Below, one piece after another: positions 39,450 through 49,350 of a stretch of DNA of 64,000 nucleotides; the first letter of the stretch is position 1; the number at the start of each line of letters is the position of its first letter. The stretch lies in sequence record KJ019146.1. One strand, written 5' to 3'. The translations under genes were made by a program, and so were the position numbers. The notes under the pieces were generated by a model. That model did no database searches and was not told the DNA's origin. It worked only from the letters and a program-made list of their open reading frames with translations.

Positions 39450-39519
39450 ATAACTGGCACAAGGGGGGTAGGCACCCCCCTTTTTTTGTGCCATAATAGG
39501 TCTATACCAAACCAATACT

Positions 39520-39696
39520 ATGTTTGAATTGATGTTACTGGCGGGGGTGGCGTTCACACCTCTCCAAGGATCAGAAACTATCAACCAGTTTTGTGCTGAA
39601 GTTGTTGGTATCCCATACGCCAGTGATAACTTCACTGATGAAGAATGGGAACGTTTTACTTATTGTCGTGAATCTATCAAGGTACCTCAAAAATGA
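39520..39696 (+). CDS. small hypothetical protein (58 aa, not in ORF track)
   Basis: Hand translation MFELMLLAGVAF..CAEVVGIPYASDNFTDEEWERFTYC. Confidence 0.6.
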   Translation: MFELMLLAGVAFTPLQGSETINQFCAEVVGIPYASDNFTDEEWERFTYCRESIKVPQK

Positions 39697-39980
39697 AAGA
39701 ATCAATTATCTCTGGCATCAAAGGTGGTTTAATAGGCACAGGTTCTGCACTCGTTGTGTTTGCTGGAATTGAGTTCTTCTTCCCCACTCCAGATACATAC
39801 ACAATCGATCTCAACAAAAGAGAAACTATCTCCCTAAAGATGTCTGTTATTCGCACACCCTGTGGATATGATTATTGTTTCATTCCTGCTATCAAGGAAG
39901 GAGAAGCAATTGAGATTGAAACACATAACCCAAACCCTGAGCCCGGTTTCCTTCGCCCTGTAGAATCTACTGATTACTGA
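39693..39980 (+). CDS. hypothetical membrane-anchored protein
   Basis: Hydrophobic N-terminal segment. Confidence 0.55.
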   Translation: MKESIISGIKGGLIGTGSALVVFAGIEFFFPTPDTYTIDLNKRETISLKMSVIRTPCGYDYCFIPAIKEGEAIEIETHNPNPEPGFLRPVESTDY

Positions 39981-39981
39981 T

Positions 39982-40191
39982 ATGGATTATCAACCCCCAA
40001 CTCTCTGTATTCGGAGTATTGAACCCGCTGCAACTCCCGGTAGGTTCTTGTTAGATATGCCTTCACTTTGGAGAGAACCAGGAGCATTAGAGGTGGATCA
40101 ATATACCATCGATTATGTTACTGGTGGGAAATATGAGGTTCCTAAATGTCCCCCAGGTTATCCAAATCCACCAACCCCCGATACACAATGA
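39982..40191 (+). CDS. hypothetical protein
   Basis: YQPPTLCIRSIEP. Confidence 0.55.
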   Translation: MDYQPPTLCIRSIEPAATPGRFLLDMPSLWREPGALEVDQYTIDYVTGGKYEVPKCPPGYPNPPTPDTQ

Positions 40192-40377
40192 CACCCGAAG
40201 AATTTGAAGAGAACGCAAGAATTATCACGGGTGACCCAACATGGTCCCTAGATGATGATGTGACAGTTGAGGAAGTGGCACACACTTCCCCGCAAACACC
40301 CTGAAACCTGTTATCTTATAGGAGTGGGAGAGATACACCCCCCACACCAAACAAACCCCCTACAACCCCTTCTAAGT

Positions 40378-40728
40378 ATGAATCTCAAGGCACTGGCACT
40401 CACTTCCGTTCTCGCCGTTGGTGGCATCTTTGGATCAGTAGCACCAGCATCAGCTGGCACCTGTTGGTTTGAAAACTACAGTGGTAGTTTGTCTCCAACA
40501 TATTGTTCCACATATGTTAGGACTAACGCTAACGGACACAGGGTTGTGGATGTTGTTGACTACGAAGGAACCGCAATGACGTTGGTATTCTGGACTGATA
40601 GTTCAGTTGAGATTCTTTACACCAACGGACAATACAATGGTAACCGAGTTGTGGCAACTTGGTACTTCGATGATGATGGTGACCGTCGCATCTACGTTGG
40701 TGACTTTGAAATGAGTCTCCGAGTTTGA
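40378..40728 (+). CDS. hypothetical secreted-type protein
   Basis: MNLKALALTSVLAVGGIFGSVAPASA signal peptide. Confidence 0.7.
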   Translation: MNLKALALTSVLAVGGIFGSVAPASAGTCWFENYSGSLSPTYCSTYVRTNANGHRVVDVVDYEGTAMTLVFWTDSSVEILYTNGQYNGNRVVATWYFDDDGDRRIYVGDFEMSLRV

Positions 40729-40735
40729 TAACACT

Positions 40736-40760
40736 GGAGGGTTTAATACCCTCCTTTTTT
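40736..40760 (+). terminator. intrinsic terminator
   Basis: GGAGGGT-TTAAT-ACCCTCC-TTTTTT. Confidence 0.85.
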
Positions 40761-40768
40761 ATGCCATG

Positions 40769-40797
40769 TTGCCATTGTAGTTGATATGTGTTATAAT
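40769..40797 (+). promoter_or_regulatory. sigma70-type promoter without palindrome
   Basis: TTGCCA-17 nt-TATAAT. Confidence 0.65.
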
Positions 40798-40822
40798 ACC
40801 TTTGTCAGGATCAGTAGGGATT

Positions 40823-41089
40823 ATGAAGCGCAAAGCAACCAGGAACTTTGATCTTAGGATCAGGTTAGATAAGAACAAATGGAAAGTAGTTCAGTTAGAA
40901 GAGGGTAAGATAGTTACCCCAGCTAAGTTGAAAGAACTGAACTCTAGACAGATAAGAGATTATACAGAAGAAGTTAAAGAGGTTGACTTGAGTTTTCTAT
41001 CACCAGAAGATAAGCGTTACTACCGTAAACATAAGTCTAATCCAGATATGGATTGGGCTCTAGATATTCTCTCCTACCCCCCCAACTAA
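40823..41089 (+). CDS. basic hypothetical protein
   Basis: ATG after AGGGA; downstream of 40769 promoter. Confidence 0.55.
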   Translation: MKRKATRNFDLRIRLDKNKWKVVQLEEGKIVTPAKLKELNSRQIRDYTEEVKEVDLSFLSPEDKRYYRKHKSNPDMDWALDILSYPPN

Positions 41090-41254
41090 ATGAAAAGCAA
41101 GTATGTAGAGCTTATGTCCTTATGGAAAAGAGCTATGTCAATGAACAACAAAGAGGAAGCATTCCGTCTAAAGAGTGAGGCTAACCAACTCATTATAGAG
41201 GGGGAGGTAACAGATAGGGAGATAACAGCAGGTAAGTTTATTGGTTGGCGTTGA
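41090..41254 (+). CDS. small hypothetical protein (54 aa, not in ORF track)
   Basis: ATG immediately after upstream TAA; MKSKYVELMSLWKRAM. Confidence 0.5.
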   Translation: MKSKYVELMSLWKRAMSMNNKEEAFRLKSEANQLIIEGEVTDREITAGKFIGWR

Positions 41255-41318
41255 TTGATATAAACTGATTTTCTCATATCCAGGGAGGCAGGGGTGACCT
41301 GTTCTCCCTTTCTTTATG

Positions 41319-41450
41319 CCGATATGGATTTTTACGAGTTTGGGTCTAGTGCCTGACTGGGTTCTCAGGGGCATCAAACCCCCATATCACTCCGATACCA
41401 CCCCCCTATGCCAAACCACAAACCATTGTGACAGTTGGACTAGTGGCACA
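41319..41450 (+). repeat. second non-coding repeat, copy A
   Basis: First 60 nt match 50711-50770 at 48/60 ungapped; ends in palindrome with spacer TGGACT. Confidence 0.85.
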
Positions 41451-41532
41451 ACCCCCCTAGACAAACCCACAGCAGTCGTGTATTGTATAGAAGTGGAGGG
41501 GAGACCCACCACACAAACCACTAACTAACCAA

Positions 41533-41715
41533 ATGAACCGTATCCAAATCAACAAAGAACTCACACAACTTCGCGAAGAACGTGAAAAAGCACAGCGTGA
41601 AGTTGATAACATCCAAGGATGTATGAATGAGTTAATGAGGAAGCGAAATGAGTTGGATATGGAACAAGAAGAGCGTTCAGGTCAGATGTTATTCGACCAG
41701 ATGTTCGGAGGTTGA
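41533..41715 (+). CDS. coiled-coil hypothetical protein
   Basis: Cassette-driven; heptad-like; ends LFDQMFGG. Confidence 0.65.
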   Translation: MNRIQINKELTQLREEREKAQREVDNIQGCMNELMRKRNELDMEQEERSGQMLFDQMFGG

Positions 41716-41744
41716 GTTAGTAACACAAACTATTCACTAAAACA

Positions 41745-41990
41745 ATGAACACAACAACAATCAACATTCTCAAATCACTGGACATTCTTTCCACTTTGAT
41801 TCAAGCATTCTATGAGATTGGATATGAACTTGGCACCTTCTATCGCAACCATCTCCATTCACATGTAAAGTTTGCTATTGAATACTCTGGTCTCGTTATT
41901 CGTGAGACCTATAGTAACCGCCAAGAGTATTTCACAAAACTGAATAACCTTCGCAACCAAGCTGGTTCATACTTTGTTTATAGCGTGTGA
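41745..41990 (+). CDS. hypothetical protein
   Basis: Stop is the TGA in the 41986 palindrome. Confidence 0.6.
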   Translation: MNTTTINILKSLDILSTLIQAFYEIGYELGTFYRNHLHSHVKFAIEYSGLVIRETYSNRQEYFTKLNNLRNQAGSYFVYSV

Positions 41991-42070
41991 CAGTTGAGGA
42001 AGTGGCACAAGCCCCCTAGGCAAACCCCTCAGGGGGTGCTATACTATATTCATACCAAAGGGAACCACCC

Positions 42071-42313
42071 ATGACTCACCTTTCTTTCACTCAAACCACA
42101 CAAAACGCACTCCGTGAGTTAGATCGTTTAGAGGGAATTAAAGTTAGACTCGCTGGTCTGATTGTTGATCTTAAAGAGACACCATCAGCTAACTCTGAGA
42201 CTTGGGTCAGGATGTATACTGATCGCCTCGTTTCTAATGTTATCCCAGCCATCAAGGAAGTTAAAGAATATCTCACTAGTCAGGATGCACTAGTTACCAA
42301 AGCATCCAACTGA
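42071..42313 (+). CDS. hypothetical protein
   Basis: Single-gene cassette. Confidence 0.65.
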   Translation: MTHLSFTQTTQNALRELDRLEGIKVRLAGLIVDLKETPSANSETWVRMYTDRLVSNVIPAIKEVKEYLTSQDALVTKASN

Positions 42314-42390
42314 GATACTGGCACAAGGGGGGTTGGCAAGACCCCTCAAAACCCCTATACTAAACACATACCAAACAAAGGGAACAACCC

Positions 42391-42642
42391 ATGGCTCAAC
42401 AAATCAAAATGAGAACACGAGTTTATTCTGATGTGACAGTAAGAGATCCACAGAGATATTATGATAGTGTGTTTCAGGGTTATAATGAGTATTGGACACT
42501 ATTAGAATCAGATGATCCAAAGTGTATCTTAGTTGAGACTACAGCACAATATGATCTAAACCCAGAGGGTTTGGATAACTTATATGACTTGATTACACCT
42601 GAAATGTATCAGTCAACATACAGAACCTATATTGAAGTCTAA
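42391..42642 (+). CDS. hypothetical protein
   Basis: Single-gene cassette. Confidence 0.65.
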   Translation: MAQQIKMRTRVYSDVTVRDPQRYYDSVFQGYNEYWTLLESDDPKCILVETTAQYDLNPEGLDNLYDLITPEMYQSTYRTYIEV

Positions 42643-42727
42643 GATGTGACAGTTGGGGAAGTGGCACACGCTTCCCCACAAACCACTCCATACCTGCTAT
42701 ACTAAACACATACCAAAGGAACCCAAC

Positions 42728-42925
42728 ATGGTTATCGACTACAACAACTTCTTCACCAACAACGACGATCTCCTCCAGGAAGTATCACAATTCATTCTCT
42801 CACTGAATAATAAATTGATCAGTCAGAATGTGAACTTTATGGAGTCTATTGGCGTTGATACTTTGACTGACTTCAACCAACAACTCATCCTTGAATGTGA
42901 AGAATACAAGTGTTATGATGTATAA
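42728..42925 (+). CDS. hypothetical acidic protein
   Basis: ATG after leader AAGGAACCCAAC. Confidence 0.6.
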   Translation: MVIDYNNFFTNNDDLLQEVSQFILSLNNKLISQNVNFMESIGVDTLTDFNQQLILECEEYKCYDV

Positions 42926-43150
42926 TGAGATTACTTATTCTCTTCTTGTTTGTCACTGGGTTTCTAGTCCTTAGATTCGGAGTTGTCCCCCATGACAACT
43001 ACGTATTCGATTGTGACAACATCCCACAAACAACAATCAACACCATCGCCTGTGGTGGCTGATACTCCGACCTCCTCAGTTTATACTGACGACTAAACCA
43101 ACTGAGAGCGCTGGTCCCCTCTCACAACTCACCTTATCTAACTATCTACT

Positions 43151-43687
43151 ATGGCTATTTTCTCCGAAGAGTTCACCAACAGCATCAAGTCTAAAGTTGA
43201 TTCAGTGAAGGATAAATTCACAGGTATCAACATCGGGAAACAGAGTGTTGTTGCTATTGTGGGAGGTACTTTGGTATTCTCTACCCTCGCAGTTGGTGCA
43301 GTTGGTGCTACAGTTCGTCAGGTTGTTGGTTCTAACATGGCAAAACAATGTAGTGTGGCTGTTGGTAACTATGTGGAGTTGGCTGAAGTTCAAGAGAAGC
43401 AACTACTCAAGGCTAATGGATACATTGAACAGGTTCTAGATAATCCCTGGAGTGCCCTAATCCTTGGTGGTAAGATGTCTGATATGGCAGACGAGATGGG
43501 TGATCGTTGGGATGAGATTGGTGAAGCTGATGATAACTATTTGGAGGCATGTGTTCCTGATAGTGACTTCAAACAATGGGTGTTTGGTGGATATGTTGAA
43601 GCCGATCGTGAATCTAAGTGGGAAGCAGAATCTACCCTAGAAGATACTCGCCAAATCACAATCAAACTCTCTGAACAACTCGGATGA
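43151..43687 (+). CDS. hypothetical membrane-anchored protein
   Basis: Hydrophobic VVAIVGGTLVFSTLAVGAVGA, helical acidic C-terminus. Confidence 0.65.
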   Translation: MAIFSEEFTNSIKSKVDSVKDKFTGINIGKQSVVAIVGGTLVFSTLAVGAVGATVRQVVGSNMAKQCSVAVGNYVELAEVQEKQLLKANGYIEQVLDNPWSALILGGKMSDMADEMGDRWDEIGEADDNYLEACVPDSDFKQWVFGGYVEADRESKWEAESTLEDTRQITIKLSEQLG

Positions 43688-43935
43688 ACAACCCTTTCGA
43701 CTCACTAACTACCGAAGAGTTTATCTCTCTATATGATGCATGTGCTCTCTCTGAACAAATGTGGAGGGAGCGCTCCCGTTCTATAAAAGCAGGGGAGTCA
43801 CGTTGGTTTTTAGATGGCGAACCTATGTTTACTGAGGAGGAATGTCGCTCAGAAATGAAACGATACCGTGAGTTACAGAAGCGAGTTTCCTGGTTCTCCC
43901 TCACACCAGAAGAGATGGCGCGTGTGACAGTCTAG
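43684..43935 (+). CDS. hypothetical protein
   Basis: Ends VTV* in the 43923 palindrome. Confidence 0.6.
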   Translation: MNNPFDSLTTEEFISLYDACALSEQMWRERSRSIKAGESRWFLDGEPMFTEEECRSEMKRYRELQKRVSWFSLTPEEMARVTV

Positions 43936-44004
43936 AAACTGGCACAACCCCCCTAGGCAAACCCCTCCTTTTCTGCTATACTATTCACATACAGACAAAA
44001 CACT

Positions 44005-44910
44005 ATGGCTAAGAATCTCCACCTAGAACACCCAGAAGACCAGCTCCTCACTGGTGACGATAGTGTCATCAGTTGGTTCTACGCAACCTCTAGTTCCTCT
44101 GTGAAGATGGATGGTAGTCCTGCAATAGTTTGGGGAACTAACCCAGAAAATGGTGAGTTCTTTGTGGGAACTAAGTCAGTGTTCAATAAGAAGAAGATCA
44201 AGATATGTTATACCCAGAAAGATATTACAACCTTATATGGTCATCAACCTAATGTGGTTGCTATCCTTACCGCCTGTTTGGCATACCTACCTCGCACTGA
44301 TGTAGTGTATCAGGGTGACTTTATTGGGTTTGGTGGTGATGATACCTATACCCCCAATACCGTCACCTATGTGTTCCCTGAGGTTATTCAGGAACGTGTT
44401 ATCATGGCACCCCATACTTTCTATGTGGGTGAGAAGATGACTGAGATGGATGCCTTCCCTATCTTATCTACTCTAGATGAATCACGTCACGTTCACTTTG
44501 TTCAACCTACCGTGGACATCTACAACAATAAGGCAAACTGGGAAGAGTTTCAGCGTTGTTATGATGAAGTGAAGGAGGTAGATGGTTTCCTGGGTATCAA
44601 GAGAGCCACAGAGGCAAAGATTATCATCAACCAGTTACTTCGTAATAACAAGTATCTCAGTATCCCACTATTAACTGAGATCTTTGGTACTAAAGAGATG
44701 GCTATTCTCTACACCTTCGCATTACATGAGAAGTTCAGAATCCTTGAGGATGCTATCTATTACGATGGTCCTCAGTGTTTGTTAGATGGTGATGATGTAG
44801 AGTCTGAGGGTATTGTTAGAACCAACCAGTTTGGTTCTATGAAACTCGTCAATCGTTACATCTTCAGTGTAGCAAACTTCAACAACAGTAAGTTCAGAGA
44901 GGTGAAGTAA
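44005..44910 (+). CDS. KxDG-motif ligase/nucleotidyltransferase-like hypothetical protein
   Basis: HLEHPED, VKMDGSPAIVWG, FFVGTKSVFNK, VYQGDF, EGIV, MKLVNR. Confidence 0.55.
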   Translation: MAKNLHLEHPEDQLLTGDDSVISWFYATSSSSVKMDGSPAIVWGTNPENGEFFVGTKSVFNKKKIKICYTQKDITTLYGHQPNVVAILTACLAYLPRTDVVYQGDFIGFGGDDTYTPNTVTYVFPEVIQERVIMAPHTFYVGEKMTEMDAFPILSTLDESRHVHFVQPTVDIYNNKANWEEFQRCYDEVKEVDGFLGIKRATEAKIIINQLLRNNKYLSIPLLTEIFGTKEMAILYTFALHEKFRILEDAIYYDGPQCLLDGDDVESEGIVRTNQFGSMKLVNRYIFSVANFNNSKFREVK

Positions 44911-45104
44911 TGGTTGACTTCGATACTCTAACTCACGAAGAACTAGAGAGACTATCTGATGACTGTGAAGACTTTCTTCTTCATAGAAATATACCTCTAA
45001 GGTCACATTCTTATGAGAATATCATCAGACATGCTATCTCGGAGGGATACCAACTCTCTCGGTATCCTGGTGTGACACCTGGGAAACTGGCACAAGACCC
45101 CTAG
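44910..45104 (+). CDS. hypothetical protein
   Basis: DCEDFLL; reads through the 45071 palindrome. Confidence 0.55.
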   Translation: MVDFDTLTHEELERLSDDCEDFLLHRNIPLRSHSYENIIRHAISEGYQLSRYPGVTPGKLAQDP

Positions 45105-45154
45105 GCAACCCCATCCTCACCTGTTATACTATATTCATACCAAACAAACAACCC

Positions 45155-45412
45155 ATGCAACTCACAGCCCAACACGCAGACATCGTTGTTGATTTCTACC
45201 CTGTCAAGTATTCTGATGGTACTATCAGTGAGCGTCTAATGTATAAAACAGTGAAGTTCGTTGGTTCACCTGCATCCAAGTCATATATCAACAAAGAATC
45301 CTTTGAAAAGGAAGTTGATTCTCGTGTGTATGGTTTTGGTTATGAGGTAACTGATCTACATACAGAGCCACAACTCTTCAACTCTGCACTTGTTCAAACT
45401 CGCTGGTCATAA
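45155..45412 (+). CDS. hypothetical protein
   Basis: First ORF after cassette promoter. Confidence 0.65.
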   Translation: MQLTAQHADIVVDFYPVKYSDGTISERLMYKTVKFVGSPASKSYINKESFEKEVDSRVYGFGYEVTDLHTEPQLFNSALVQTRWS

Positions 45413-45414
45413 GT

Positions 45415-45606
45415 ATGAATTACACACAACGGTTGTATGAGGCTGAACAACTCTCCACTATGTGTTACCTTTGTAATATTGACCTAACGGAATGTATTAC
45501 AGAGGTTTCTGATTACCTAGAGTTGGGTTATAATGACAGTAAAGATATTGCCTCAGGTACCTATAAAGTTCTCTCAACAATGAATCCCCATGAGCCTATC
45601 AAATGA
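45415..45606 (+). CDS. hypothetical protein
   Basis: Operon position. Confidence 0.5.
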   Translation: MNYTQRLYEAEQLSTMCYLCNIDLTECITEVSDYLELGYNDSKDIASGTYKVLSTMNPHEPIK

Positions 45607-45949
45607 ATCAATGAGCAAGCTTGTCGATAACATTGCCTCTGATGTTTTCCATCTTATTGCTTCTGACCCATACTATACTGAGACCTTTATGAATCTATTA
45701 CCCGGTGCAATCACTGAGGTTATTGGTGATACTTCCCCTGAACTTATTGGTGAGTTGGGTGGTAGAATCATGGACAGAGTTGGGGTTGATGGATGTGATG
45801 TCAATTCCGATAAAGTATGGGAGGAGAGATATAGATCTCTGTTTCGTTATGTCAAAAACACATACGCATCAGAGTATGTTGATGGGGCAGAATATGGTCA
45901 GATGGGTACAATGTATGGAGATTTTACTAGTACCTCGGAGTTAGACTGA
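45590..45949 (+). CDS. hypothetical protein
   Basis: Operon position, acidic. Confidence 0.55.
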   Translation: MSLSNESMSKLVDNIASDVFHLIASDPYYTETFMNLLPGAITEVIGDTSPELIGELGGRIMDRVGVDGCDVNSDKVWEERYRSLFRYVKNTYASEYVDGAEYGQMGTMYGDFTSTSELD

Positions 45950-46152
45950 TGCCATCATTTACACCCTATGGTAGATACCAACTAACATCAGTTCAGGTAG
46001 ATTTGATCCTACACTGCATGAGTGAGTATAAAGGACTCACCACACAGGAAGATAACGAGAGGAGAAAGATTGTAGAAGAACTTAGCAACTCTTTTGCTGA
46101 TACTGACCCATCAGATCCTTACCTAGATCATTACTATACTTGTGACTATTGA
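45949..46152 (+). CDS. hypothetical protein
   Basis: Stop/start coupling. Confidence 0.5.
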   Translation: MPSFTPYGRYQLTSVQVDLILHCMSEYKGLTTQEDNERRKIVEELSNSFADTDPSDPYLDHYYTCDY

Positions 46153-46526
46153 TGAATGAACTCTTTCCTTTTCCTGGTTTCCAGTATAGGCTAGACTATA
46201 CAGATAACGGAACTCCAAAGTTATGTTGGTTTGAATGTGAGGATCATTTATCCAAACATATATCTAGATACAAACTAACAAAGAAAACTCACAGGGCAAA
46301 GATCCAAACCCCTCGCGGTGTGAAGTTGGCGAAAGACCCGCTAGCCACCAAACCAGCCAGGAAACGGAAAACCACCCCACCAAACCCCAGTGATACCAAG
46401 GGTTCTAAAGTATCAAAAACACAAAAATCCATAACGAAGGGCAAGAAGGTAGAAACACCCACCCCCTCCCGTAGGAAAGCGAAGAAATCAGTTTTTAGTA
46501 CCGTGGAGGACTTCTTTACCAAATGA
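46152..46526 (+). CDS. hypothetical protein with basic tail
   Basis: CWFECEDHLSKHI.RYKL; K-rich C-terminus. Confidence 0.6.
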   Translation: MNELFPFPGFQYRLDYTDNGTPKLCWFECEDHLSKHISRYKLTKKTHRAKIQTPRGVKLAKDPLATKPARKRKTTPPNPSDTKGSKVSKTQKSITKGKKVETPTPSRRKAKKSVFSTVEDFFTK

Positions 46527-46714
46527 TTGTACCTAACGAATCAGAATTGCTTCACCTAAAGATACAAGCAGCAATGAGGGAGAATGCTTTTCCTCACAAT
46601 CAGTTGATGTATCTGGGTGAGAGAGAAGATCAACACTGGTATCTAATAGCAGGAAAACATGAAGTGCCAGTAACAATGTTAGAAGGATTTGAGAGGATTG
46701 ATGATGAAGAATGA
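46523..46714 (+). CDS. hypothetical protein
   Basis: HLKIQAAMRE..HWYLIAG.HEVP. Confidence 0.6.
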   Translation: MIVPNESELLHLKIQAAMRENAFPHNQLMYLGEREDQHWYLIAGKHEVPVTMLEGFERIDDEE

Positions 46715-46852
46715 TAAACTAAAGACATATCACCTAAAGGTAAAGTTTATGGATGAACTAACCTATGGTCAGTTTATTACAGCACCCAGTGAAGAGGAAG
46801 CTATGAGACTTTTCATTGAGGAATATATCTACATCGCGTCTGAGAGAGAAAC

Positions 46853-47044
46853 ATGAACTATAATAAGGTGGCTGAGGCTCTTCATGAAGAAGTAACTGAT
46901 TATATCTTTAAGAACCATTATCACCATATCAAATCAGTTTATACTGATGTTGTTGAGGAATACATAGAGAGGGAAGTGGGTCCTCTAACTGAGAAGAACC
47001 ACAAACAACTAGTTAAACAACTCGTTAAATTCTACATCTCCTGA
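46853..47044 (+). CDS. hypothetical protein
   Basis: ORF track; RBS-like GAGAG. Confidence 0.5.
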   Translation: MNYNKVAEALHEEVTDYIFKNHYHHIKSVYTDVVEEYIEREVGPLTEKNHKQLVKQLVKFYIS

Positions 47045-47058
47045 TTGAGCTTTTCGTT

Positions 47059-47268
47059 ATGTCTTCACCATCAGCATTCACACCAGCATTAGGTCTAGAA
47101 GTTGAATACAGGGGATTTGTGGGTTATATCAAGTTTATAGATGAAGAATATTTAACAGTGTGTGTGAAGAAGAAAGAGCACCAAATGTTTGGTGATGTTT
47201 GTATGGTTGTGTATCCAAGTCAGTGGGAACACATTAAACTAATGGGCGGACCTCACAGAGACCGATAG
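47059..47268 (+). CDS. hypothetical protein
   Basis: GYIKFIDEEYLTVC; TAG stop is in the left arm of the 47266 site. Confidence 0.6.
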   Translation: MSSPSAFTPALGLEVEYRGFVGYIKFIDEEYLTVCVKKKEHQMFGDVCMVVYPSQWEHIKLMGGPHRDR

Positions 47269-47349
47269 GACAGCTGAGGAAGTGGCACAAGGGGGCTAGG
47301 CAAGCCCCCTTTTCTGTGCTATACTATATTCATACCAAAGGAAACCACC

Positions 47350-47955
47350 ATGGCAGAAGTTCAACTCCACGGCAATATCTATGAGGAGACTGTTATTCGG
47401 GATATAACTGGACTAGACAAGTCTGCTTATGATAAGACTAAAAAGAATGGTTATACTAGCGTTTGGGATATAGAAAAAGGTGAGTATAGTGACAACAATA
47501 TTAGCATAAAGACTACCGGTAGTAATACAGTTTGTATGGGTGACGCTGTTCGTATGGCTTCACATACCAGTTATAACTTGGTTGTTGGTGTATATGATCA
47601 GAGGGGAAACACCAAAGTTTTCACCACTGAGTATACTTTTTATATCACTGACGCTGACACCAAAAAGATATGGGGCACCATGGAGGTTGGCGAGGTCACT
47701 GCTTTTGTGGACTTTGTAAAGTCTATTCCACACGGAAAAGAGGGGCAAACCTCCACCAAAGAATATAGGAATGAGTTTTTATCACAAATACAAGACAAAT
47801 CAGCACTTATGGTTATAAACCCCAAAGTAGACAGCAAAAAGCAACGTAGGGTTCAGTGCTCTATGAGGCTCAGCCAGTTGTTAGAATCTGGGGTAAAATA
47901 TACTAAGAAAGATATGAACCTCCAAGTCTCTTCTTCCCGCCGTAAGTTCAATTAG
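47350..47955 (+). CDS. putative PD-(D/E)XK nuclease (type II restriction-like)
   Basis: HG..YE, WDI, ISIKTTG..VCMGD; single-gene cassette flanked by terminator-type elements. Confidence 0.5.
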   Translation: MAEVQLHGNIYEETVIRDITGLDKSAYDKTKKNGYTSVWDIEKGEYSDNNISIKTTGSNTVCMGDAVRMASHTSYNLVVGVYDQRGNTKVFTTEYTFYITDADTKKIWGTMEVGEVTAFVDFVKSIPHGKEGQTSTKEYRNEFLSQIQDKSALMVINPKVDSKKQRRVQCSMRLSQLLESGVKYTKKDMNLQVSSSRRKFN

Positions 47956-48054
47956 TATATGGTGACATGTGACACCTGAATAACTGGCACAAGGGGGGTT
48001 CGCAACCCTCCTTTTTTATGCTATACTATATTCATACCAAAGGGAACCACCCCC

Positions 48055-48201
48055 ATGACTATCAACTTTAAAAGTCTATTCATCACCACTTGTGTGGGTC
48101 TCACCCTAATACTAGGGAGCTTCGCTTTTACCAGTGATTATGGTACTGAGACCGGGCGTGGCGAACAGACTGAGAGCCCCTACTACGGACCCGCTTTCTA
48201 A
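48055..48201 (+). CDS. small membrane/secreted peptide (48 aa, not in ORF track)
   Basis: MTINFKSLFITTCVGLTLILGSFAF; single-gene cassette. Confidence 0.6.
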   Translation: MTINFKSLFITTCVGLTLILGSFAFTSDYGTETGRGEQTESPYYGPAF

Positions 48202-48269
48202 AGTGGCACAAGGGGGGTTGGCAATACCCTCTACACCTGCTATACTAAACACATACCAAACAAAGAACC

Positions 48270-48425
48270 ATGTTCAAACTTCAACTCCAGTGGCAGAAAG
48301 AAGGTGAGTGGATTGATACAGTATACGCTCCTACAGAATACGCAACCGCATCTGTTCGTCTGAAGAAGTATCAGAAACTCTGGGGTGATACTCACACCTA
48401 TCGCCTCCTCGATGTGACAGTCTGA
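48270..48425 (+). CDS. small hypothetical protein (51 aa, not in ORF track)
   Basis: MFKLQLQWQKEGEWIDTVY; ends VTV* in the 48413 palindrome. Confidence 0.65.
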   Translation: MFKLQLQWQKEGEWIDTVYAPTEYATASVRLKKYQKLWGDTHTYRLLDVTV

Positions 48426-48495
48426 GAACTGGCACAAGGGGGGTAGACAAGACCCCCCACACCTGCTATACTAAACACATACCAAACAAAGAACC

Positions 48496-48777
48496 ATGAA
48501 TTTCAAGTCCTTCCTTCTTTCCTCACTCATCGTCACCACCGGGCTAGTAGCCTCAGCACCAGGAGCCAAAGCCGCTGAATGTTTCAATGGTGATGGATAT
48601 CGGGTTTGTATGGAGAGCTTAGGCATGAATCGTTGGGAAGTATCCTTCGAGAACAACCATGGCTCAGAGTTTATGGAGGTTCAGTGTATTGGCAAGAGTG
48701 TGAGTGATTGGACATCACGAGGTGATTTGAGTCAGTCTGAAGCACAGTATCTCGCAGAGGAATTCTGTTCCTGGTAA
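48496..48777 (+). CDS. hypothetical secreted-type protein
   Basis: Signal peptide ending AKA; four Cys. Confidence 0.7.
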   Translation: MNFKSFLLSSLIVTTGLVASAPGAKAAECFNGDGYRVCMESLGMNRWEVSFENNHGSEFMEVQCIGKSVSDWTSRGDLSQSEAQYLAEEFCSW

Positions 48778-48810
48778 GATACACCAACTAACCAACTCTA
48801 CACTATTATC

Positions 48811-48966
48811 ATGTTTGTATCCTTCACTGAAATCCAAGACTACATTCGCGAAGATCAATACACATATAGTGAGCGCCAGTTCCGCTCACGCAAGTATAAA
48901 AAGAACGAACGTCGTTACCAACGTCGCCAGAAACAACAACAAAGAGACCGCACCTACGACGTGTGA
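48811..48966 (+). CDS. small basic protein (51 aa, not in ORF track)
   Basis: R/K/Q-rich; stop in the 48962 palindrome. Confidence 0.55.
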   Translation: MFVSFTEIQDYIREDQYTYSERQFRSRKYKKNERRYQRRQKQQQRDRTYDV

Positions 48967-49045
48967 CAGTTGGAGAAGTGGCACACGCTTCTCCACAAAC
49001 CCCTAAGGGGGTGCTATACTATATTCATACCAAAGGGAACCACCC

Positions 49046-49270
49046 ATGACCACCACCACTCCAAACCTCTACAACGAAGCTATCCGTCGTTTGGCTGATG
49101 GTTTCTCTTCAGAGTTCGCTGAGTTCTGTGCAGGAGACGAGAGGGTTCACGAGATCATGATGGACCTCGCTAGTGAGTTCGTAGAAACCAATATCCCTGT
49201 AGTGAGTGAGGATAGCCAGCACGACGTGGCTTCTGAGCTCCTCATGAGTATCACAGTCACCAAGGTGTGA
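49046..49270 (+). CDS. acidic hypothetical protein
   Basis: Single-gene cassette; stop in the 49266 palindrome. Confidence 0.65.
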   Translation: MTTTTPNLYNEAIRRLADGFSSEFAEFCAGDERVHEIMMDLASEFVETNIPVVSEDSQHDVASELLMSITVTKV

Positions 49271-49350
49271 CAGTCTAGGAACTGGCACAAGGGGGGTTGG
49301 CACCACCCCCCAAACCCCTTATAATAAACACATACCAAACAACCCAGACC

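Noticed and set aside
41316-41528. 70-aa ORF
   Set aside because: Lies on the repeated non-coding element and palindrome; copy B has no equivalent ORF
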